Part shown: positions 25,134 to 32,000 of the stretch, one piece after another
Numbering within the stretch: the stretch's first letter is position 1
Layout: each line of letters opens with the position of its first letter
NCBI RefSeq assembly: GCF_001672815.1
Contig: NZ_LZKK01000083.1
Span: forward strand, 8,759-40,758
Reading direction: 5' to 3'
Source: Mycobacterium sp. E796
Lineage (GTDB): Bacteria; Actinomycetota; Actinomycetes; Mycobacteriales; Mycobacteriaceae
Length of the DNA: 32,000 bases
Made by a program: the position numbers and the translations under genes
The notes under the pieces: model-generated
What the model was told of the DNA's origin: nothing
Seen by the model: only the letters and a program-made list of their open reading frames with translations
Databases searched by the model: none

Positions 25134-25745
25134 CTATGGGGAGGAGGGTGGGGGAGCGGGGTAGACGGTCAGCTCCCCGGGCACGACGGACTTGCCCGTC
25201 GAAACCTCCCAGGGCATGTCCGGGGCCCAGCGCTCGAACGAGAGCAAGGCGCTCTCGTCGGCGTTGGTGCAGTCGAGGAATTCCATCTCGCCGCCGGCGG
25301 GCAGGCCGGTGGTGCCCTCGGTGGTGTAGGACGCCCGGCCGCGCTCCGTCTCGTGGAAGGCCACGCCGTCGATGACGTACTGGTCACCGGGCTGCAGAGT
25401 GAGGTCCTTGCGGGTGATCCACATGGCCAGCTCCAGGCGCCCGTCGTCCTCTTCGACGCTCAGCCAGATCGGCTGGTCACCGCCCTCCAGGAGGTGCTCC
25501 CACCACACGAACGGCCCCTCGCGGAACGTGACCGAGCCGCGCACCACGAGGTCGACGCCGCCGTAGCTGACGATTGCCCCGGGGCCGAGTTGGCGGGGCC
25601 CGAACTGCGGCATGGCGTTGAACGACAGCGGGTCGGAACGCCCGCTCGGCGGGGCCGCCTTCTTGGGCCGCCGCAAAGCGATGACCAGCACCACGATCGA
25701 CGCGATGAACAGCACCGCCGCCAGGACGAGCAGGACTGTTCCCAC
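25134..25745 (-). CDS. Single-pass membrane protein with DUF4178-like domain (Rv2597-like)
   Basis: 203 aa with an N-terminal TM helix (VLLVLAAVLFIASIVVLVIAL) followed by RRPKK. The beta-rich body contains W.HLLE and WLSVEEDDG..E, reminiscent of DUF4178. It is the first gene of the minus-strand operon. Confidence 0.75.
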   Translation of the reverse strand: MGTVLLVLAAVLFIASIVVLVIALRRPKKAAPPSGRSDPLSFNAMPQFGPRQLGPGAIVSYGGVDLVVRGSVTFREGPFVWWEHLLEGGDQPIWLSVEEDDGRLELAMWITRKDLTLQPGDQYVIDGVAFHETERGRASYTTEGTTGLPAGGEMEFLDCTNADESALLSFERWAPDMPWEVSTGKSVVPGELTVYPAPPPSSP

Positions 25746-25856
25746 GCTGAACCTTCCGTTGCCACAGGGCTAGAGCGAACGTGGGCTTTAAGTTAACAGC
25801 ATTTCACCGGCGGCAGCGTGTCCTACCGGACGCCGTCGGTGTCGCCGGTTAGGCTC

Positions 25857-25872
25857 TCGAACAGCTGTTCGT
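25857..25872. promoter_or_regulatory. LexA SOS box upstream of ruvC
   Basis: TCGAACagctGTTCGT matches the mycobacterial SOS-box consensus TCGAAC-N4-GTTCGA at 11/12 specified positions. It lies 16-31 nt upstream of the ruvC ATG, just before the GAAGGAG Shine-Dalgarno. Confidence 0.75.
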
Positions 25873-25887
25873 ACGAAGGAGCCGGCA

Positions 25888-26457
25888 ATGCGCGTGATGG
25901 GCGTCGATCCCGGGCTGACCCGATGCGGCCTGGCGGTCGTGGAGACCGGCGGGGGGCGCAAGGTCGTCGCGCTCGACGTCGACGTGGTGCGCACCGGGTC
26001 GGATGCGCCGCTGACCAAGCGGTTGCTGGCCGTCAGCGATGCCGTCGAGCACTGGCTGGACACCCACCGGCCCGACGTGGTGGCCATCGAGCGGGTGTTC
26101 TCCCAGCACAACGTGTCGACCGTGATGGGCACCGCGCAGGCCGGGGGCGTGGTCGCGCTGGCGGCGGCCAGGCGCGGCATCGACGTGCACTTCCACACCC
26201 CCACGGAGGTGAAGGCCGCGGTCACCGGCAACGGGTTCGCCGACAAGGCGCAGGTCACCACGATGGTCACCAAAATCCTTGCGCTGCAGGCCAAACCGAC
26301 GCCGGCCGACGCGGCCGACGCGTTGGCGTTGGCGATCTGCCACAGCTGGCGCGCGCCGATGATCGCCCGGATGGCCGCGGCCGAGGCCCTCGCCGCCCAG
26401 CAACGGCACGCCTACCGGGCCAAGCTGGCGGCCAAGCGCAAGGCGGTCGCCCGATGA
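25888..26457 (+). CDS. ruvC: Crossover junction endodeoxyribonuclease RuvC
   Basis: 189 aa, opening [14 protein letters not shown]. It also has [21 protein letters not shown] and [14 protein letters not shown], so it is highly similar to recalled Mtb RuvC. Confidence 0.96.
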   Translation: MRVMGVDPGLTRCGLAVVETGGGRKVVALDVDVVRTGSDAPLTKRLLAVSDAVEHWLDTHRPDVVAIERVFSQHNVSTVMGTAQAGGVVALAAARRGIDVHFHTPTEVKAAVTGNGFADKAQVTTMVTKILALQAKPTPADAADALALAICHSWRAPMIARMAAAEALAAQQRHAYRAKLAAKRKAVAR

Positions 26458-27047
26458 TCGCGTCGGTGCGCGGTGAGGTGCTCGAGGTGGCGCTCGACCA
26501 CGTCGTGATCGAGGCGGCCGGTGTCGGCTACCGGGTGAACGCGACGCCGTCGACGCTGGCGACGCTGCGGCAGGGCAGCGAGGCCCGGCTGATCACCGCG
26601 ATGATCGTGCGCGAGGACTCGATGACGCTGTACGGGTTCACCGACGCGCAGACCCGCGACCTGTTCCTGACGCTGCTGTCGGTCTCGGGCGTCGGGCCGC
26701 GGCTGGCGATGGCGACGCTGGCGGTGCACGACGCCGCCACGTTGCGCCAGGTGCTGCACGACGGCGACGTCGCGGCGCTGACCCGCGTGCCCGGCATCGG
26801 CAAGCGCAGTGCCGAGCGGATGGTGTTGGAGCTGCGCGACAAGGTCGGGGCCGTGGCCGCGACCAACGGCGCGCCGCTCGTCAACGGCCACGCGGTGCGC
26901 AGCCCGGTGGTGGAGGCGCTGGTCGGTCTGGGCTTCGCCGCCAAGCAGGCCGAGGAGGCCACCGACAAGGTGCTGGCCACCGATCACGACGCGACGACGT
27001 CCAGCGCGCTGCGGGCCGCCCTGTCCTTGCTGGGTAAGTCGCGATGA
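26454..27047 (+). CDS. ruvA: Holliday junction DNA helicase subunit RuvA
   Basis: The ATG at 26454 overlaps the ruvC stop (ATGA). The product starts MIASVRGEV and is 197 aa. HhH motifs are present ([26 protein letters not shown]). Confidence 0.95.
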   Translation: MIASVRGEVLEVALDHVVIEAAGVGYRVNATPSTLATLRQGSEARLITAMIVREDSMTLYGFTDAQTRDLFLTLLSVSGVGPRLAMATLAVHDAATLRQVLHDGDVAALTRVPGIGKRSAERMVLELRDKVGAVAATNGAPLVNGHAVRSPVVEALVGLGFAAKQAEEATDKVLATDHDATTSSALRAALSLLGKSR

Positions 27048-28093
27048 CCGACGACGACTTCTCCGACCGCGACGTCTCGCCGGCGCTGACCGTCGGCGAG
27101 GGCGACATCGACGTCAGCCTGCGGCCCCGCTCGCTGCGGGAGTTCATCGGGCAGTCGCGGGTGCGCGAGCAGCTGCAGCTGGTCATCGAGGGGGCCAAGA
27201 ACCGCGGCGGCACCCCGGATCACATCCTGCTGTCCGGTCCGCCGGGCCTGGGCAAGACCTCGCTGGCGATGATCATCGCGGCGGAGCTCGGGTCGTCGTT
27301 GCGGGTGACGTCCGGTCCGGCGCTGGAACGCGCCGGCGACCTGGCCGCGATGTTGTCCAACCTGGTCGAGCACGACGTGTTGTTCATCGACGAGATCCAC
27401 CGCATCGCGCGGCCCGCCGAGGAGATGCTCTACCTGGCGATGGAGGACTTCCGGGTGGACGTGGTCGTCGGCAAAGGGCCCGGGGCGACGTCGATCCCGC
27501 TGGAGGTGGCGCCCTTCACGCTGGTCGGCGCGACCACCCGGTCCGGCGCGCTGACCGGCCCGCTACGCGACCGGTTCGGGTTCACCGCGCACATGGACTT
27601 CTACGAGCCCGCCGAGCTGGAGCGGGTGCTGGCCCGGTCCGCCGGGATCCTGGGCATCGAGCTGGGCGCCGACGCGGGCGCCGAGATCGCGCGACGCTCG
27701 CGGGGGACCCCGCGGATCGCCAACCGGCTGCTGCGCCGGGTCCGCGACTTCGCCGAGGTGCGCGCCGACGGCGTGATTACCCGCGACGTCGCCAAGTCCG
27801 CGCTGGAGGTATACGACGTCGACGAGCTGGGGCTGGACCGCCTGGACCGGGCGGTGCTGTCGGCGCTGACCCGCGGCTTCGGCGGCGGCCCGGTCGGGGT
27901 TTCGACGCTGGCGGTGGCGGTGGGCGAGGAGGCGGCGACCGTCGAGGAGGTGTGCGAGCCGTTCCTGGTGCGGGCCGGCATGGTCGCGCGCACCCCGCGC
28001 GGCCGGGTGGCCACCGCCCAGGCCTGGACGCACCTCGGCCTGACGCCGCCGGCCGGGGCGACCGGCCTCGGGCAACCGGGCCTGTTCGACTAG
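27044..28093 (+). CDS. ruvB: Holliday junction DNA helicase RuvB (AAA+)
   Basis: It overlaps ruvA by ATGA. Walker A is GPPGLGKTS and Walker B is VLFIDEIHR. It also has [18 protein letters not shown] and [16 protein letters not shown]. Confidence 0.97.
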   Translation: MTDDDFSDRDVSPALTVGEGDIDVSLRPRSLREFIGQSRVREQLQLVIEGAKNRGGTPDHILLSGPPGLGKTSLAMIIAAELGSSLRVTSGPALERAGDLAAMLSNLVEHDVLFIDEIHRIARPAEEMLYLAMEDFRVDVVVGKGPGATSIPLEVAPFTLVGATTRSGALTGPLRDRFGFTAHMDFYEPAELERVLARSAGILGIELGADAGAEIARRSRGTPRIANRLLRRVRDFAEVRADGVITRDVAKSALEVYDVDELGLDRLDRAVLSALTRGFGGGPVGVSTLAVAVGEEAATVEEVCEPFLVRAGMVARTPRGRVATAQAWTHLGLTPPAGATGLGQPGLFD

Positions 28094-28184
28094 GGCGGTC
28101 GGCGCCGCCTTCCGGGTGTGGGTTACGTCACTGGCGCCGCGGGTACCCGCCTTGCAACAGCAATCACTGTTGAAGGAGATTCTG

Positions 28185-28835
28185 ATGAGGCGAACCAACC
28201 CCGACTATGACCGCGCTCGCGCGGCGTACATGCCTCGCAGCCGCGGCGCGCTGAGCGGGCTGCTGCTGATCCTCTTGGGTGCGTGGGGCGCGCTGATCCC
28301 GTTCTTCGGACCCAACGTCAACTGGGCATACATGGCCGACCCGGCATGGACGTGGACGACGGCGAAAGGCTGGCTGGAGGTGCTCCCCGGCGTCGTCGCC
28401 GCGGTGGGCGGGCTGATCTTGCTCGTGTCCGGCAATCGCGCCAGCGCGGTGCTCGGCGGTTGGCTGGCCGTCGTCGCCGGCGCCTGGTTCGTGGTCGGCC
28501 GGGCGTTCGCGCCGATGCTGAATATCGGGGACGTCGGCCAGCCGGTGGCCGCGACGGACCTGAAGCGGGCCCTGCTCGAGGTCAGCTACTTCACCGGCCT
28601 CGGTGCGCTGATCGTGTTCCTCGGCGGCGTCGCCCTGGGGCGCGTCGCGGTGCGACACGCCCGCGACGTCGTGGTAACCGAACCGGCGCCGATGGCCGCC
28701 ACGCCGGCGCAGGACCCGGCGATGTACGACGAATCGCCACGCGACGTGCGGGCTGACGAGCGCGCCCGGGGCGGCTTGTTCCACCGGCGCGCCGGGGGCG
28801 GCCTGTTCCGCCGCCACCATCACGCCGGCGTCTAG
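28185..28835 (+). CDS. Polytopic membrane protein of unknown function, paralogue A
   Basis: The ATG at 28185 is preceded by GAAGGAG, giving 216 aa with about 4 TM segments. By eye the core is roughly two-thirds identical to the ORF at 29515-30192 (SRGA.SGL.L.LLGAWGALIPF.GP...AY....W.WTTA.GWLEVLPG...GGL.L...GNR.A..LGGWLAV..GAWFVVG...P.L.IG....P.AAT..KRA.LEVSYF.GLGALI.F.GGV.L.R.AVR.ARDV). Confidence 0.75.
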   Translation: MRRTNPDYDRARAAYMPRSRGALSGLLLILLGAWGALIPFFGPNVNWAYMADPAWTWTTAKGWLEVLPGVVAAVGGLILLVSGNRASAVLGGWLAVVAGAWFVVGRAFAPMLNIGDVGQPVAATDLKRALLEVSYFTGLGALIVFLGGVALGRVAVRHARDVVVTEPAPMAATPAQDPAMYDESPRDVRADERARGGLFHRRAGGGLFRRHHHAGV

Positions 28836-28881
28836 TGCCGATCGCAAGCGCGGCGCTGGCGCCGGGCGCCGCGGGTCGGCA
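28835..28881. repeat. Short intergenic palindromic repeat, copy 2 (REP-like)
   Basis: GTGCCGA tcgcaag CGCGGCGC tggcgccgg GCGCCGCG gg TCGGCAC forms nested stems of 7 and 8 bp. It starts on the last base of the stop codon at 28833-28835. It shares the 17-mer CGATCGCAAGCGCGGCG (28838-28854) with 22114-22130. Confidence 0.5.
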
Positions 28882-29002
28882 CCATCTGGCCTGATCGCGC
28901 GAGAGCACCGGTAGTCCCAGCGGGCCGCCGGTGCTGTTGCGCGCCCGGGCGAAGCGCCGCTCGGTATGGTTCTTGGGTCGTTCGACTTACCGAGGAGGAG
29001 CG

Positions 29003-29389
29003 ATGCTCACCGCCGGGTTGGTGTTCGCCGGACTGGCAGCCCTACTGCACGTCTACATCTTCACGATGGAGTCGTTGACCTGGACCTCGGAGCGCACCCG
29101 CGCCGTCTTCGGCATGACGGCCGAGGAAGCCGAGACCACCCGGCTGCTCGCCTTCAACCAGGGGTTCTACAACCTGTTCCTGGCCATCGTCACCCTGCTC
29201 GGCATTCCCCCGGTGATCATGGGCGACAAGGCGGTCGGCGTCGCGCTCGTTCTCGCCGGAGTCGGATCCATGGCCGCCGCCGCGATCGTGCTGGTGTTCT
29301 CCGCGCGGGACAAGGCGCGGGCGGCAGTCATCCAGGGCACGTTTCCGGTGATCGCCATCGTGCTGGTGGTGCTCGGCCTGTCCTGGTAA
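29003..29389 (+). CDS. DUF1304-like small membrane protein
   Basis: The ATG at 29003 is preceded by GAGGAGGAG, giving 128 aa with 4 hydrophobic helices. The motif LLHVYIFTMESLTW and NQG.YN.FLA fit my recollection of DUF1304. Confidence 0.72.
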   Translation: MLTAGLVFAGLAALLHVYIFTMESLTWTSERTRAVFGMTAEEAETTRLLAFNQGFYNLFLAIVTLLGIPPVIMGDKAVGVALVLAGVGSMAAAAIVLVFSARDKARAAVIQGTFPVIAIVLVVLGLSW

Positions 29390-29514
29390 CACCAGCAACA
29401 TCAGCCTCACTGGTCACGGAAAGCCGCTCCTTGCGGCCGCGAGTGTTACATCGCGGCCGGGTCGGGTACTCCCGGGGGGCCGGAAATGGGCCCGGCTTCA
29501 ATTGAGGAGATGGA

Positions 29515-30192
29515 ATGAAATACGCAGATAGGGACTATCCAGGCGCGTTGACCATGCCGCGCTCGCGCGGCGCGATCAGCGGATTGATCCTGGTGCTCCT
29601 TGGCGCCTGGGGGGCGTTGATCCCGTTCGTCGGCCCCCGCTTCAACTTCGCCTACACGCCCGACCGCGACTGGGCGTGGACGACGGCGCGCGGCTGGCTC
29701 GAGGTGCTCCCGGGGGCCGGCACGGTGGTGGGTGGCCTGCTGTTGATCGTCGCCGGCAACCGCATCGCCGCCATGCTGGGCGGCTGGCTCGCGGTCCTGT
29801 CCGGCGCATGGTTCGTGGTCGGCGGCCAAATCGCTCCTCTGCTGGGCATCGGATCTGCCGGCGACCCCATCGCGGCGACCGAACGCAAGCGCGCCGCCCT
29901 CGAGGTCTCCTATTTCTCCGGCCTCGGCGCGCTGATCATCTTCGTCGGCGGAGTCGTCCTGGCTCGTACGGCGGTGCGGCTCGCGCGCGACGTGGCACCC
30001 CTGGGCCACGCGGGTCCCGAGGCAGCTGCGCCGGTCGGGGAGCCGGCGTACGTGTCCGGGCTCGACGAGTCGCCGGCGGTGTCGTCGGGCGCGGTGACCA
30101 AGCCCCGGATGGAGCGCGGCTGGCGCCGCCAGCGCGAGGCCGCGGGCTCGCCGAACGCGGCGTACCTGCGCTGGCCCCACCCGCAGGGCTGA
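29515..30192 (+). CDS. Polytopic membrane protein of unknown function, paralogue B
   Basis: 225 aa, with the ATG preceded by TGAGGAGA. The TM core is conserved with 28185-28835, but the C-terminal tail diverges and is Ala/Pro/Gly/Arg-rich. Confidence 0.75.
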   Translation: MKYADRDYPGALTMPRSRGAISGLILVLLGAWGALIPFVGPRFNFAYTPDRDWAWTTARGWLEVLPGAGTVVGGLLLIVAGNRIAAMLGGWLAVLSGAWFVVGGQIAPLLGIGSAGDPIAATERKRAALEVSYFSGLGALIIFVGGVVLARTAVRLARDVAPLGHAGPEAAAPVGEPAYVSGLDESPAVSSGAVTKPRMERGWRRQREAAGSPNAAYLRWPHPQG

Positions 30193-30209
30193 GGCAGGAA
30201 GAGCTGACG

Positions 30210-30248
30210 CAGAAAATCGCCGACCCGCGCGGGGCCGGCGATTTTCTG
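30210..30248. terminator. Strong bidirectional hairpin terminator between convergent genes
   Basis: cagaaaatcgccg-a-ccc gcgcg ggg-c-cggcgattttctg gives 13 bp, one mismatch and 3 more bp, with a 5-nt loop. A/T runs within the arms supply a U-rich 3' side on either strand. It lies between the stops at 30192 (+) and 30256 (-). Confidence 0.65.
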
Positions 30249-30255
30249 TGCGTGC

Positions 30256-32000
30256 TTACAGCAAACCGAGCAGTTGCAGGTCGCTGACGTACTTGGCGAT
30301 GATCCGCGGCGAGATGTGCGGAATGTCCTTGTCCGGGCCGATTTTCGCGTCCTGAACCGCGGCACGGAACCGGTCGGTGGGCGCCATCGAGCCGTTGATC
30401 GGCCGCTCGGGCTTCTGGTAGTTGTGCAGCAGCGGCAGCAGCGAGGCGTTGCGCTGCTTTTCGGGCAGCCCGCGCAGGCTGGTTTCGAACCGCTGCAGCC
30501 AGTCGCCGTAGTCGTCGACGCGCCGGATTGCGCAGCCCGCGTCGATGAGCCAGTCGACGAACTGGTCCATCCCGATGCCGTCGTCGTACGGGTTCATCAC
30601 GTGGAAGGTGCGGAAGCCGTCCGCGCTCTGGGCACCCAGCGTGGAGATCGCCTCGGCGATGAACTCCACGGGCAGCCCGTCGTAGTGCGCGCGCTGCCGG
30701 TTGCCGTCGGCGTCCAGCTCATAGAACGAGGCGGGCGCGATCCCGGTCGCGGCCAGGCTCAGCATCATCCGGGTGAACATGTCCGGGACATTGAGCTGGC
30801 CGGCGTAGGTGGTGTCGGCCAGGATCATGTCGCAGCGGAACACCGCGACCGGCAGCCCACACAGGTCGTGGGCCTCGCGCAGCAGCACCTCGCCGGCCCA
30901 CTTGCTGTTGCCGTAGCCATTGGCGTAGCTGTCGTTGATCGCCCGCGTCGCGCTGATCTCGCGGATGTCGGCGTCCTCGGTGAACTTGCCCGGCTGGATC
31001 TGGTCGCCCACCCCGATCGTCGAAACGTAGGTGTACGGCTTGATCTTCGTCGTCAACGCGAGCCGGATCAGCTCGGCGGTGCCCAGCGCGTTCGGCCCGA
31101 ACAGCTCGCTGTACGGCAGCACGTGGTTGACCAGCGCCGCGGGGTCGACGATCAGGTCGACGGTGTCGGCCAGCCGCTGCCAGGTCTGCCGGTCCAGGCC
31201 GAGGTCGGCCTCGCCCTTGTCGCCGGCGATGACCTCCAGGTGGTCGGCGGCCAGCGCCTGGTAGTGGGCCAGCAGCTTGGGGTCCCCGCTGTCGAAGGTC
31301 TTGTCGAGCCGCGCGCGGGCCTCTTCATCCGAGCGGGCCCGCACCAACGCGATCACCTTGCCGTCGACCAGGTCCATCCGCTCGAGCCATTCCAGGGCCA
31401 GGTAGCGGCCGAGGAATCCGGTTGCGCCGGTGAGCAATACGGTGCGCACCTCGGAGGTGGGCTTGGGCAGCTCGGGCGCGGACTCCAGAGTCGAGGCCTC
31501 CAGGAACTTGTCCAGCGTCAGCTCGGCGGCATGCACCTCGGTCGCTTCGCGCCCGTGCACCGAGGCGAAGCTGGGCCGCTTCGTGCCCTTGCGCTCGCCC
31601 TCGATGTAGGTGGCGATAGCGGCCAGGTCGTTGGCCGGGCTGACGATCACGCCCACCGGCACATCGACGTCGAAGATCTCGTGCAGCAGGTTGCCGAATG
31701 TCAACGCCGACAACGAGTCTCCGCCCAGGTCGGTGAAGTGTGCGTCCGGCGACACCTCGCTGCTCGCGGTGCCCAGCAGGGCGGCCGCGGCGCGGCTCAG
31801 CGTCTGCAGCACCGGCGCGTCGGCGCCGCTGCGGCGCAGCTCGCTCAGCTCGTTGGCCTGGCCCTCGCTCAGCTCGGCGTAGAGCTGTTCGAGGCGCTCG
31901 CCGTAGTGCTGCTTCAGCTTCGGCCATGCCAACTTGCGGATGCCGGTGAGCAGACCGTTCTCCACAGTGAAAGGCGTTGTCTCGATGAGGAAGTCGCGCG
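30256..32000 (-). CDS. fadD9: Carboxylic acid reductase (FadD9/CAR), 3' part: carrier-protein and thioester-reductase domains; 5' end outside the window
   Basis: The frame stays open to the window edge (…[29 protein letters not shown]…). The phosphopantetheine attachment site is [14 protein letters not shown]. The Rossmann motif is [14 protein letters not shown] and the SDR-type motif is [13 protein letters not shown]. This A-T-R architecture is typical of mycobacterial CAR. Confidence 0.9.
   Translation of the reverse strand, partial: RDFLIETTPFTVENGLLTGIRKLAWPKLKQHYGERLEQLYAELSEGQANELSELRRSGADAPVLQTLSRAAAALLGTASSEVSPDAHFTDLGGDSLSALTFGNLLHEIFDVDVPVGVIVSPANDLAAIATYIEGERKGTKRPSFASVHGREATEVHAAELTLDKFLEASTLESAPELPKPTSEVRTVLLTGATGFLGRYLALEWLERMDLVDGKVIALVRARSDEEARARLDKTFDSGDPKLLAHYQALAADHLEVIAGDKGEADLGLDRQTWQRLADTVDLIVDPAALVNHVLPYSELFGPNALGTAELIRLALTTKIKPYTYVSTIGVGDQIQPGKFTEDADIREISATRAINDSYANGYGNSKWAGEVLLREAHDLCGLPVAVFRCDMILADTTYAGQLNVPDMFTRMMLSLAATGIAPASFYELDADGNRQRAHYDGLPVEFIAEAISTLGAQSADGFRTFHVMNPYDDGIGMDQFVDWLIDAGCAIRRVDDYGDWLQRFETSLRGLPEKQRNASLLPLLHNYQKPERPINGSMAPTDRFRAAVQDAKIGPDKDIPHISPRIIAKYVSDLQLLGLL

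Overview
Very GC-rich actinobacterial chromosome, clearly from a slow-growing Mycobacterium. It carries a PPE gene and close homologues of M. tuberculosis HspX, Rv2623, PdxS and RuvABC. From my memory of H37Rv, gene order is collinear and inverted relative to Rv2625c...Rv2590. Left to right the window holds: (1) a dormancy/DosR-type stress island with hspX, an M50-CBS protease, two universal stress proteins and a tandem pair of GAF-ANTAR regulators; (2) an HTH regulator, a membrane protein, a frameshifted nitronate monooxygenase, a DUF1990-like gene, an aldo-keto reductase and a hotdog thioesterase; (3) thrS followed by the tightly coupled PI/PIM operon (HIT, pgsA1, patA, pimA, LemA-Nudix); (4) a PPE gene with a PE-PPE hydrolase-like domain; (5) pdxS-tesB-pdxT, yebC and a SAM methyltransferase; (6) a five-gene minus-strand operon ending in a membrane-anchored spermidine-synthase-like enzyme (DUF4178-DUF2617-DUF4247-DUF350-SpeE); (7) ruvCAB behind a LexA SOS box; (8) two paralogous membrane proteins flanking a DUF1304 gene; (9) the 3' part of a carboxylic acid reductase (FadD9/CAR) running off the window. 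I found no tRNA, rRNA, CRISPR array, transposase or integrase. The best leads are the uncharacterised SpeE-linked membrane operon, the GAF-ANTAR pair inside the dormancy island, a repeated intergenic hairpin element with compensatory base changes, and the duplicated membrane-protein locus. All family names come from motif recognition and recalled homology, not from database searches. Many long antisense or alternate-frame ORFs in the track are ordinary high-GC artefacts.
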